From Patescibacteria group bacterium (GTDB lineage Bacteria > Patescibacteriota > UBA1384 > XYA2-FULL-43-10 > 1-14-0-10-43-13), in contig JBAZNP010000001.1 in assembly GCA_041649155.1 (NCBI GenBank), positions 673,183 to 737,182 of the forward strand: a stretch of DNA of 64,000 nucleotides, read 5' to 3'. Each line of letters opens with the position of its first letter. Positions within the stretch are counted from its first letter, which is position 1. The position numbers and the translations under genes were made by a program. Shown here in pieces: positions 29,771 through 39,096 of the stretch. The notes under the pieces are model-generated. The model was given only the letters and a program-made list of their open reading frames with translations, made no database searches and was not told the DNA's origin.

Positions 29771-29798
29771 GTGGGAGTTGGGAGACGTTTGCACCACA
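29771..29798 (+). promoter_or_regulatory. Putative L1 autoregulatory leader
   Basis: GTGGGAG..CG..ACCAC upstream of rplA resembles L1-binding mRNA sites. Confidence 0.45.
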
Positions 29799-29830
29799 AA
29801 CCGCTAAGTTAATAGCGGGCTAGGAAAAAA

Positions 29831-30622
29831 ATGACAGCGAAAAAAGTTGTAGAGATGGCCAACGAAGAAGTCATCGACGAGAAGAAAATTCTCAAAGAAG
29901 CAGAGGAAAGAGAAAAAGAGAGAAAAGCTGAGGAAGAAGTAGCAAAAGAAGAAGAAAAAAAGGCTGAAAAGGAAGAGAAGAAAGAAGAGAAGAAAAAAGT
30001 AGAGCAGAAGAAAAGAAAGCCTTTGCATGGTAAAAAATACAGGGAATTGGCCAAGCAGATTGAGAAAGACACGGAATATCCAATTGCAGAAGCGATTGAA
30101 TTAGCACTTAAGACTTCTCCTGTAAAATTTGACGCTACAATCGAAGCTCATTTTAAGATCAATCCTAAAGAAAAAAATATTCGAGGCATGATCACTCTTG
30201 CCGGCGGTCTTGTTAAAGAGAAGAAAGTGAAGGAAGTTACCGAAGGTAATGTTGACGAAGTGATCGCAGAGGTTAAGGCTGGTAAAGTTGATTTTGATGT
30301 GATGATCGCCGAACTAAAGGCCATGCCTAAACTAGCTCAGCTTGCAAAAGTACTAGGTCCTAAGGGCCTTATGCCTTCGCCAAAGGCTGGAACTGCTGTT
30401 GAAGATGTAGCTAAAGCAGTAGAAGAATTAAAGAGCGGCAAAGTTGAATACAGAGCAGATAAATTCAATATCGTTCATTTGGCACTAGGTAAAATATCTT
30501 TCGGTTCCGAAAGAGTTAAACAGAATTATGATGCAATTTTAAATGCTTTGCCATTTAAGAAGATTGAAACTATATTCTTGACTTCTACAATGGGTCCAAG
30601 CGTTAAGGTGGCCAGAAAGTAG
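29831..30622 (+). CDS. rplA: 50S ribosomal protein L1 with long charged N-terminal extension
   Basis: [40 protein letters not shown]. Confidence 0.96.
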   Translation: MTAKKVVEMANEEVIDEKKILKEAEEREKERKAEEEVAKEEEKKAEKEEKKEEKKKVEQKKRKPLHGKKYRELAKQIEKDTEYPIAEAIELALKTSPVKFDATIEAHFKINPKEKNIRGMITLAGGLVKEKKVKEVTEGNVDEVIAEVKAGKVDFDVMIAELKAMPKLAQLAKVLGPKGLMPSPKAGTAVEDVAKAVEELKSGKVEYRADKFNIVHLALGKISFGSERVKQNYDAILNALPFKKIETIFLTSTMGPSVKVARK

Positions 30623-30670
30623 AGGGTAGAAAGTGGAAGGGGAACATAGAAAGCTGAATTGTGCTAAAGG

Positions 30671-30716
30671 AAAAATCGCCTTGAATTCGATAATGTCGGA
30701 TCAAGGCGATTTTTTT
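30671..30716 (+). terminator. Intrinsic terminator after rplA
   Basis: AAAAATCGCCTTGA...TCAAGGCGATTTTTTT. Confidence 0.7.
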
Positions 30717-30755
30717 GTTGACTTATGCTTGTGTTTTTGTTATATTAATTTTGTT

Positions 30756-30813
30756 CCAAAGACCACAAGTTCCGTCTGTCGCTGACAGCCGAGATTAAAT
30801 ATCTTGTGCAGGG
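30756..30813 (+). promoter_or_regulatory. L10 leader-like element
   Basis: CCAAAGACCACAAG...TTAAATATCTTGTGCAGG resembles the L10 leader pattern, upstream of rplJ. Confidence 0.6.
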
Positions 30814-30894
30814 ATGAATTTAAATCATAATAAATTGATTTATTATTTATTTCTGCACAGTAGTTGCAGATTTTTTTATAAAATGGAGTGCATT

Positions 30895-31416
30895 ATGGCA
30901 AAGACAAAAGAAGCAAAATCAAAACTTTTAGAAAACCTTGACAGCAAAATCGAAAGAATGAAATCTGCTGTGATTGTTGACTACAAAGGTTTGAAAGTAA
31001 AAGACACTGAGGCATTGAGAAATGCCCTGAGAGAAAAAGGTGTTGAGTTTAACGTTTCAAAGAATTCATTAACAAAGATCGCTTTGAAAAAAGGTGGTAT
31101 TGAATTTGATGAAAGCGTTTTTACAAAACCGGTTGCAATCGCTTTCGCAATGGAAGATGAAGTTGCACCTGCTAAAGAAATCACTCTTTTCGCGAAAAAG
31201 AATGAAGCGATTGAGATTTTGGGTGGAATTCTGGAGCGAAAGTTCATTGATGATGCCATGGTAAAGCGGCTAGCAGCTCTTCCTTCAAAAGAACAATTGC
31301 ATGCCAAAGTTGTTGGCACAATTGCAGCTCCATTATCTGGCTTGGTCAATGTTTTTGCTGGAAATATGCGCGGCTTGGTCAATGTTTTAAATGCTCACAA
31401 GGAAAAAGTTAGTTAA
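30895..31416 (+). CDS. rplJ: 50S ribosomal protein L10
   Basis: VDYKGLKV..LRNALR..VSKNSL, LAALPSKEQL; GGAG before ATG 30895. Confidence 0.95.
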   Translation: MAKTKEAKSKLLENLDSKIERMKSAVIVDYKGLKVKDTEALRNALREKGVEFNVSKNSLTKIALKKGGIEFDESVFTKPVAIAFAMEDEVAPAKEITLFAKKNEAIEILGGILERKFIDDAMVKRLAALPSKEQLHAKVVGTIAAPLSGLVNVFAGNMRGLVNVLNAHKEKVS

Positions 31417-31496
31417 ATAATTAATATTAATAAATAATTTATAAGAATTTGACCCCAGTTAGATAGCTATCGCATCTAACGGGGTAAAGGAGAAAA

Positions 31497-31952
31497 ATGG
31501 CAGAAGAAGAAAAAGTAGAAACAACTGAGGCAGTTGCCGAAGTAAAAGAAGAAACAAAAGCAGAAGTTCCTGCAAAATTTGAGAAGATCGTTGCTGAGAT
31601 TGATAAAATGTCAGTTTTGGATCTTTCAGAATTTGTTAAGGTTCTTGAAGATCACTATGGCGTATCGGCTGCAGCTCCTATGGCTATGGTTGGTGCTGTT
31701 GCTCCAGCTGCTGGCGAAGCAGAAGCTGCTGAAGAAAAAACATCATTTGATGTTATCCTAGCAGGTGCTGGCGCACAAAAGATTGCTGTTATTAAGGCTG
31801 TTAGAGAAATCAAACCGGAATTAGGTTTGAAAGAAGCTAAAGACTTAGTTGATGGTGCTCCAAAAGATCTTCTAAAAGGTGTTAAGAAAGAAGACGCTGA
31901 AGCTGCAAAAGCAAAGCTAGAAGCTGCTGGTGCTACTGTTGAAATGAAATAG
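31497..31952 (+). CDS. rplL: 50S ribosomal protein L7/L12
   Basis: [40 protein letters not shown]. Confidence 0.97.
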   Translation: MAEEEKVETTEAVAEVKEETKAEVPAKFEKIVAEIDKMSVLDLSEFVKVLEDHYGVSAAAPMAMVGAVAPAAGEAEAAEEKTSFDVILAGAGAQKIAVIKAVREIKPELGLKEAKDLVDGAPKDLLKGVKKEDAEAAKAKLEAAGATVEMK

Positions 31953-32002
31953 GCTGATTAGATAACAGCTAAACAGAATAAAGATAACAGATAGATATGT
32001 AC

Positions 32003-32032
32003 AAAAAAGCCCCGATTAATCGGGGCTTTTTT
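32003..32032 (+). terminator. Intrinsic terminator after rplL
   Basis: AAAAAAGCCCCGATTAATCGGGGCTTTTTT. Confidence 0.85.
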
Positions 32033-32244
32033 GTATTTTGTGGTATAATTTTAATGTTAATATTTATACCGGAAGGGGGGTGGGCTGATTGGCAAAGCGG
32101 TGGCGCGAAAGACTCAGAAAGAGGCTGCGCGATTTGCTCGGATTGCGTCAGCCAATGTGGGCATGATTTTTTCTCTTTGGGCCGACACTGTCTTTTAGTG
32201 CCGGCTCTTTTCATTCTTATGGTTTTCTAGTATAATATTTTGTT

Positions 32245-33480
32245 ATGGCATTTGAATTAATCAAAAAATTAGATAACGGAGTTCGGGTTGGAAAACTAAC
32301 AACGCCTCATGGAGAAATTGAGACGCCTTTTTTTATGCCGGTGGGCACAGTCGGTAGTGTTAAGGGTGTATCGCCAAATGAATTAAACGAATTGGGTGCT
32401 CAAATAGTTCTGTCTAATACTTATCATCTGTATTTGCGTCCAGGAGAAAAACTAATTAAAAAACTTGGTGGACTGCATCAGTTTATGAATTGGAATAGGC
32501 CAATACTTACCGACTCTGGCGGATACCAAGTCTTTTCTTTGGGAAAAGACAATTCTAAATTTCTAATTTCTAATGACAAATCAAATTACAAAACCCAAAT
32601 AACAAATGTCCAAACATCTTTGGTTAAAATTACTGAGGATGGGGTTGAATTTAAGTCGCATTTAGACGGAAGTAAGCATTTTTTTACTCCTGAGAAAGTA
32701 ATCCAAATTCAACTTGATTTAGGGGTGGATATCTTGATGCCGCTCGATGTTTGTCCCAGCGGGAAGGCAACTCGGGAGGAGATTGAAGAAGCTTGCAAGT
32801 TAACAATATCTTGGGCAAAGCGTTCCAGAAAATATTTTCTGGAACAAGTAGAAAGTAGAAAGCTGAAAGATAACAGGCCACTTCTTCACGGAATAGTCCA
32901 AGGGGGATTGTATGAAGATTTACGCAGATATTGCGCTAAAGAGCTTATTAACCTTGATTTTGATGGATACTCAGTCGGAGGGTTGGCAGTTGATTTTGAA
33001 ACTCGTGATATGTGGAAGACTGTAAAATTGATGGGAGAAATTCTTCCCGAAAACAAGCAGAGATATTTAATGGGGGTTGGAACTCCTGACGACATTATTA
33101 AAGCAACGAAATTAGGCATGGACATGTTTGATTGTGTTTTGCCGACAAGATTAGCTCGTCACGGATCGGTTTATGTTAAAAATTGTCATTCCCACAACAA
33201 CCTTTGTCATTCCCGCGAAGGCGGGAATCCAGAGCCTGGATCCCAGATCGAGTCTGGGATGACAGACCATTATAAACTTATCAATCTTTTAAATTCCAAA
33301 TACAAAGAGGACGGGGGAGTGATCGATGAAGAATGCGCCTGTCCGGCTTGTAAAGGGGGATTTAGCCGTGCTTACATTTCGCACCTTCTAAGATCCAAAG
33401 AAATATTGGGACTGCGTTTAGCAACACTGCATAATCTACATCAGTATTTAGAACTGATGAGGGAATTAAAAAGTGAATAA
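32245..33480 (+). CDS. tgt: tRNA-guanine transglycosylase with in-frame repeat insertions
   Basis: TPFFMPVGT, NTYHL, TDSGGYQVFSL, GIVQGG, YLMGVG, DMFDCVLPTR, CACPAC..HN. Confidence 0.96.
   Translation: MAFELIKKLDNGVRVGKLTTPHGEIETPFFMPVGTVGSVKGVSPNELNELGAQIVLSNTYHLYLRPGEKLIKKLGGLHQFMNWNRPILTDSGGYQVFSLGKDNSKFLISNDKSNYKTQITNVQTSLVKITEDGVEFKSHLDGSKHFFTPEKVIQIQLDLGVDILMPLDVCPSGKATREEIEEACKLTISWAKRSRKYFLEQVESRKLKDNRPLLHGIVQGGLYEDLRRYCAKELINLDFDGYSVGGLAVDFETRDMWKTVKLMGEILPENKQRYLMGVGTPDDIIKATKLGMDMFDCVLPTRLARHGSVYVKNCHSHNNLCHSREGGNPEPGSQIESGMTDHYKLINLLNSKYKEDGGVIDEECACPACKGGFSRAYISHLLRSKEILGLRLATLHNLHQYLELMRELKSE
33185..33263. repeat. dRS3/RPE-like double hairpin inserted in-frame in tgt
   Basis: GTCATTCCCGCGAAGGCGGGAATCC ... 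GGATCCCAGATCGAGTCTGGGATGAC, with a duplicated TTGTCATTCCC just upstream. Confidence 0.9.
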
Positions 33481-33652
33481 CAAAAATTGTTGTGGATAAG
33501 CAAATAATTTATTAATATTTTGAATTGACATTCGTTTTTCCGTCGAGGATAATAGAGCTAGACCCTGCAGGTCCATAGCGGTGCGTTTCGTGGGGATATT
33601 TTGCAACTTAGGGTTGCTGTTTAATTAGATTAGTAGGAAAGAGGAGGACGTT

Positions 33653-33856
33653 ATGAGTGATGATTACCAGGATGACCAAACAACCAAGGAAGAGGAAGCT
33701 GTAGAAGAAACAGATGATTCAGACGAGGAAACTGAAGGAGAAGAGACAGAAGCTGCTGAAGCACCTGTAGAAGAGAAAGAAGAAGATGAAACCGAAGAAG
33801 CTGAAACTCCAGAAGAAGAAGACGAAGACGAAGACGAAGATAAAGAAGAAGAGTAA
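33653..33856 (+). CDS. Small, extremely acidic protein
   Basis: GAGGAGG RBS; more than half D/E; promoter TTGACA-N17-GATAAT (~33525-33553); terminator ~33884-33926. Confidence 0.75.
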   Translation: MSDDYQDDQTTKEEEAVEETDDSDEETEGEETEAAEAPVEEKEEDETEEAETPEEEDEDEDEDKEEE

Positions 33857-33966
33857 ACTTGGCTGGATAATATCCAATTTTAATAAAAAAGCTCCGATCG
33901 ATATAGTATTGTAATCGGGGCTTTTTTCTTTGTTCTGGCTTTGATTGCTGTTTTTTATTAAAGCTC

Positions 33967-33995
33967 TTGACAAATAAAATTTGGTATGCTATAAT
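33967..33995 (+). promoter_or_regulatory. Consensus sigma70 promoter with extended -10
   Basis: TTGACA-N17-TATAAT with TG at the extended -10 position. Confidence 0.8.
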
Positions 33996-34402
33996 CCAAT
34001 GTTCTTAAGGTGAGGGGATTCACAGCGAGAACCCAGTTACCTCAAGAAAATACATTACAATTTAGTGCGATAGTGTGCTGCATAATTCATTTCTTGGCCT
34101 CGTGCCAAGACGTAGGTTCCCCCTCCGCCTGCGGAATTATGTGGCACAGTATTGCACTTTTTTTAAACCTTTGGTTTAAAACCCAGCGTAGCTTTAGCGA
34201 AGTTGGGTAGATGCAATTGCATTTTGACAACTAAATATCCTTCAGAGCAAGTTGCGCTCCGTGCAACTAGTAGAAAGTGAAAGGCGGTAAGTAGAAAGTT
34301 TTACGCCCAGCTTGCTCTGAGGGAATAACACCCTCAAAAGGGCCGCCAAAACGGCGTTTAATTACGCCGCTTACGCGGCACTACATTTGGAGGGATCGTA
34401 GA

Positions 34403-35068
34403 ATGAGAACACTTGTAACTTTGGTCGTTATTATAACGACGCTGTTTCTTTTCTCGCCTAATTCCTACTGCGCCATTGGCGTTGTAGTGGAAGACGGTAA
34501 CGGACCTGTCGCACAGGGTCAGGAAGCTCAAACTAGTATTCAGGAATCTCCTCAAGATAGTGGTGAGCAGGTTGCACAAATGCCAGCTGAGGAACGGGTT
34601 GAAGAGATGGGGACCTTAGTTGACTCTCAAGTTTCGTGTGTCAATTCTGATATTTCGAAATTTAGAGAAGCTCGAGCTAATCTGGCTCGAAGGAATGAGA
34701 GTGTAGCAGTCCACGTTCTTGAACGGAAGGTTGCCAGTCTTCAGTCGAGACTGAGAATATTTAAATCTATGAAGGTTGAAATAAAAGATCTTCGTGAGAG
34801 AATGTTCACTCTCGATGACAAGAAAGATATTGAGGCGCTCAAGAAGCTCGTTGATTCATGGACGAGCAAGTTCGTTGATGATGAGGAATTCACAAAAAAG
34901 CTCCAATCTTATGTCACAAAAGAAGACTTGGAGCAGCAGTTGTCTTCTTATGCCACTAAAACAGAAGTGAATCACATCGGAAATCGAGCGAGAAATTCTT
35001 ATGTGCTTTCATGGTTAGCAATTGTGGGAGTGATTCTTCCTCCGATTTACAAGAAAGTGCGTGGGTAG
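34403..35068 (+). CDS. Exported coiled-coil protein with C-terminal TM anchor
   Basis: GGAGGG RBS, signal peptide, YVTKEDL/YATKTEV repeats, C-terminal hydrophobic helix; terminator ~35116-35144. Confidence 0.7.
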   Translation: MRTLVTLVVIITTLFLFSPNSYCAIGVVVEDGNGPVAQGQEAQTSIQESPQDSGEQVAQMPAEERVEEMGTLVDSQVSCVNSDISKFREARANLARRNESVAVHVLERKVASLQSRLRIFKSMKVEIKDLRERMFTLDDKKDIEALKKLVDSWTSKFVDDEEFTKKLQSYVTKEDLEQQLSSYATKTEVNHIGNRARNSYVLSWLAIVGVILPPIYKKVRG

Positions 35069-35217
35069 ATAAAAAATAAGAATTAAGATAGTTATTGCGA
35101 CGTTGTCGCAAGAGTCGGGGCGGCCCATATGGGCCGCCCTCTTTGTGTCCAATAAACTAAACTGTTGTGCAAATAGTTGATTTGTTTTATTATAAATATA
35201 TACAAGCTAGGAGGGAG

Positions 35218-38200
35218 ATGGTCGAATCGGGACAACAGCCACCACAAGAACTCGAAGGATTACGAGGTGATCTTGTTAATTTAAAGCACGAAGAAATTTC
35301 TAGTGAAGAAGATGAAATTTTGGCGGAAATTTCCAAGGCTAGACAAGAGATCGAAAATAATCCTGAAAAATTTGAGGAAATTTTGGCGTCTTTAGATGCT
35401 GATGCACTTCTTTTAAAAAGGATTTTAGAAGAAAAAAAGAAGTTTTGGGGACTTGGTGAAAAAATATCAAATATTACTGTTGATAAAATACAAAATGAAA
35501 AATGGAAAAAAGTACTAAAAATCGGCGCTAAACTTGGCGGGGGAATCATTGCATCAAGGTTGATATCAATAGGTGTTAAGAGTGCTTTTAACGTTTCTAA
35601 TCCGGTAACTGGAGCAATCTCCGGCGCTGCTATGGGGGGGTTCTGGGGCTATGTCAGGGGGAAAGACAAGACTGAATCGGCAAACGCATGGATGAAAGAG
35701 CTGAATATTGAAGAGCTGGAAACTGAAACTGTTGATGAATATTCTAACGAAGATTTAGGAAAAGTTATTGGTATTTTAAAAAATGCAATTGAAGATGGTA
35801 AAAATGGAAGGATGAGAGGCAATGCTGTTTCTAAAATTAATCTAGCTAGGAAGTATCGAGTAGCAAACAAAGAGCTTGTAAGGCGTACTAATGAGATAGA
35901 ACAGGATGAAAGTGGTTCAGTAATCGATCGAATCGATGAATTGAGCCAGGACGCAGAGGTTGAGGGAAAAGCCATATCGGAGTTATCTGGTAGGGAGCAT
36001 GAAGAACTTTATAAAATTCTCACTGAGCGTAATAAATATACGGTTGTTAAAGAAGGAATCAAAGGAGCTCTTGTCGGTGCTGGAGTTGGCTATGTGGCAA
36101 ACTGGGCTATGGATAAGATTTTTCACGTTGATGGTAATTCAGCTAAAGATGCAGCGTTGGAAGCAAAGAAGGAATCAATTAGACAAGCACATGATGCTAA
36201 AATTGATCAATTTGGGAATAATGATCTTCATAGCTTTAATACAGATCAAACTACCCACTTGCAATTAGTTGAAACAAAGGGAGACCTGCATGGGTTTAAT
36301 GACACTGAACTATCAAGCTTTACAGAGTCAGTAAATAAATCCGGTAATGTCTGGGAATTAATAAGGGATAGCCATTCCGATCTTCATAACATTGATTTAC
36401 AGGCTCCAATTGATGGAGAAACGGGCAAAAACATCGGTCAATTCATACTTGAGCATAAGGAAGCATTTTCTAACCTCGATCCGAATATACAAAGAGAAAT
36501 GTTGTCATTTCCAAGCTTAGCAGAAGATATTTTTAAAGCAGCAACTGAAAATTCATCAGCATCTGCGAGCGCAATTTCGGGTAACGCATTAGGGACTTTG
36601 GGTTTGGCTGCAATTGGCAGTGGTGGCATTTATGCTCTCGCGGCTAAAAAAGAAAAAGTGGCTAATGAAAAAATCGAAGCTTACGAGCCTAGACAACAAT
36701 CAGCATCTGGTGGAGGTGATTCTGGTCCTGACGGGACTCCATCTCCTGATGCTGGTGGAACTAGTGAGCAGAAGCCTCGAATTGTAGCGCCTAAAGGCAG
36801 ATTTGACGACAGTAATCTTGGAGAAGGCGGGCTGGCAGAAAACAACGGAGTTAATCCGGTCGGACTGGTTGAAAGCAAACCTGTTGATGTTGAAAAATAC
36901 AATCCGACCAAAGAAGATTACAAAAATGCAGAAGAGTTTTGGAAAATAAATGCGGGCAAAAAAGAAGTTAAAGAACATCTGGACGAATGGTTGTCTATAT
37001 TTATCAATCAAGGCAAATTCAATCTTAGAATTAACGGTGATGAAATTAGCGAAGTCGAAGCTTTAGAAGTTGCTGCATATAAGATTATGATTTTCGAAAA
37101 AGGTTGTGGAATTGGTGAAATTAAGATCGAAAGAAATAATGGTGTGTATTCTGCAGAGGCTGAGATCGTCGCTTTAAATGGTGGTGCTTCTGAAAAACCA
37201 GAATTGTCGCCTCAAGCTGCCGGAGTTGCAAGCGAGGGAGTAAACGCTGAAGCGGAAGACTATGGAAATAAAGAATGGATTTCTCGTGAAGCAGGAGTTG
37301 TTTTGCATGGCGCTCATGGATCAATAGCTGTCAATGCTGGCGATGTAGTGACGGAAAAATTAGGCAATCGTTTTACTATACGTGAATTATATGTCGATGA
37401 AAATCAAGATAATATTAAGATTGTTTGGGAAGATGGAAGTGATAATGTAAACACATCCGATAAATGGTATGAGTTTTTTTGGGAGGCAAAGCAAAGAGAA
37501 GAAGTGGGAGGAGGCACTGGCTTGAGTAACGAAGGCGAAGATGAGCCGGAAGTTTTTGTCCCAAGAAAATTAAATCCTGATAGGGCAGAGGGTTTAATTA
37601 AATCAGCTTCTGAAAATAACACAAATTTAAATATTCCAGAACTTGGTTTACAGAAATTTAATGTTAATAATAGTGATCAAGTTGTTTTGCTTGGCGATTT
37701 AGGAGATAATCTTGACTATTTAAAACAAGACATAGACTTTGGGTTTGTGCGGATAAATGAAATACAGGGAGAGTTAAGGGAAAAGGGTGTACAGACACCG
37801 GATTATAAGTTTTCTATAGAAAATGGTGAAAATTTCATTGAGTCTTATCTTGAGCCATTGAATGTGTTTATGGAAAAAATTTACAATCATTTGCCTCATA
37901 ATAAAGTTGAATTACCGCCAAATATTGAAAGCCAGGATTTAAGTGAAGCAATTGAGCGATTTGAAAGCGGATTCGAGAAGGTTAAAGCAAAATTAGAATT
38001 TTTTGGAGAATCGGCCAAAATTGAAAAGGTTCAAAATTTTTTAAGTCTTGCAAGAGCAATTAGGGATAATGATATCCAAAAGATTAATCCAAAATCAATT
38101 TCAAATGTGATTATGCAAACGTGGCATCCTTATAACAGCAACAAAGAGACTAATTGGATATATAAAAATGCCGAGGTTCTTAACCAACTATTGAAGGAAA

Positions 38201-38712
38201 AACTAAAAGGCTTTGATTACGAGATCATAGATGAAGAAGATTTAATTGGACATGAATTTATTCCATCAATTTGTAGGAGTATTGCATTGGAAGTTCAAAA
38301 TAAAGAGAATAAAGGCAAGATAATAGCGTTAAAGGGAGATAAAATAACAGGGGCAGGCCCTGGGGCATTAATATTCAAAGGAAAATTAGAGTATCCTGCC
38401 TTAACTGTTCTTGGGGTTGATGGTTTCAAGATAGATTTGGGCAAAGGAAAAGAGATATCTTTAGACTTAAATTCTGTTTACCGGATTAAAGACGGAGATA
38501 AGGAAGAATTCATTAAGTTTCATTGGCTGCGCGAAATTCATGGTGAGTATTTAGTAAACCTAGAAGTATCTGATTATGGTGTGCCCTTAAGTAAAGAGGG
38601 ATTAATTAGATTTATTAACAGGTATTCGATTGAGAAGATAGAAGGAGAAGTCGATCTAGGTAAGACCGAGAAAGCATATGCCAATCAATTACTTGAGGAA
38701 TTTCGTAAATAA
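35218..38712 (+). CDS. Large hypothetical protein with glycine-zipper segments
   Basis: Long ORF; GAGGGAG before ATG 35218; GAISGAAMGG, GALVGAGVG, GTLGLAAIGSGG. Confidence 0.75.
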   Translation: MVESGQQPPQELEGLRGDLVNLKHEEISSEEDEILAEISKARQEIENNPEKFEEILASLDADALLLKRILEEKKKFWGLGEKISNITVDKIQNEKWKKVLKIGAKLGGGIIASRLISIGVKSAFNVSNPVTGAISGAAMGGFWGYVRGKDKTESANAWMKELNIEELETETVDEYSNEDLGKVIGILKNAIEDGKNGRMRGNAVSKINLARKYRVANKELVRRTNEIEQDESGSVIDRIDELSQDAEVEGKAISELSGREHEELYKILTERNKYTVVKEGIKGALVGAGVGYVANWAMDKIFHVDGNSAKDAALEAKKESIRQAHDAKIDQFGNNDLHSFNTDQTTHLQLVETKGDLHGFNDTELSSFTESVNKSGNVWELIRDSHSDLHNIDLQAPIDGETGKNIGQFILEHKEAFSNLDPNIQREMLSFPSLAEDIFKAATENSSASASAISGNALGTLGLAAIGSGGIYALAAKKEKVANEKIEAYEPRQQSASGGGDSGPDGTPSPDAGGTSEQKPRIVAPKGRFDDSNLGEGGLAENNGVNPVGLVESKPVDVEKYNPTKEDYKNAEEFWKINAGKKEVKEHLDEWLSIFINQGKFNLRINGDEISEVEALEVAAYKIMIFEKGCGIGEIKIERNNGVYSAEAEIVALNGGASEKPELSPQAAGVASEGVNAEAEDYGNKEWISREAGVVLHGAHGSIAVNAGDVVTEKLGNRFTIRELYVDENQDNIKIVWEDGSDNVNTSDKWYEFFWEAKQREEVGGGTGLSNEGEDEPEVFVPRKLNPDRAEGLIKSASENNTNLNIPELGLQKFNVNNSDQVVLLGDLGDNLDYLKQDIDFGFVRINEIQGELREKGVQTPDYKFSIENGENFIESYLEPLNVFMEKIYNHLPHNKVELPPNIESQDLSEAIERFESGFEKVKAKLEFFGESAKIEKVQNFLSLARAIRDNDIQKINPKSISNVIMQTWHPYNSNKETNWIYKNAEVLNQLLKEKLKGFDYEIIDEEDLIGHEFIPSICRSIALEVQNKENKGKIIALKGDKITGAGPGALIFKGKLEYPALTVLGVDGFKIDLGKGKEISLDLNSVYRIKDGDKEEFIKFHWLREIHGEYLVNLEVSDYGVPLSKEGLIRFINRYSIEKIEGEVDLGKTEKAYANQLLEEFRK

Positions 38713-38745
38713 TTACATTAAGATAAATAAAGTCGGAGGGGAAAA

Positions 38746-39096
38746 ATGAATAACGATGATATGAACAAAGCGGACAATATTGAGGAAACTAATGATATAA
38801 TATTGCTGTATCAGAAAAAAATCATGGAAGAACTAGGGCTTGATAAGCTTTCCGAAAAAGAAAAAGAGGAAGCTGAAGCAAAAATTGCCAACCTTGTTAA
38901 TAACAGGGTGGTGAATATTATTTTGGCGTATTTACCGGAAGAGAAAGCCGAAGAATTTAAAGTTTTGATTGAGCAAGAAAAACTGGATGAAATAATTAAA
39001 TTTTTAAAAACAACAGTGCCTGATATTGAAGTTAAAATTGCAAATGATCTAATGCTGTTAAGAAAAGAATTAATAAGCAAATTGGCGAAAAAATAA
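38746..39096 (+). CDS. DUF5663-like small helical protein
   Basis: ELGLDKLSEKEKEE..LVNNRV..LPEEKAEEF..FLKTTVPDIE pattern common in CPR genomes. Confidence 0.65.
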   Translation: MNNDDMNKADNIEETNDIILLYQKKIMEELGLDKLSEKEKEEAEAKIANLVNNRVVNIILAYLPEEKAEEFKVLIEQEKLDEIIKFLKTTVPDIEVKIANDLMLLRKELISKLAKK

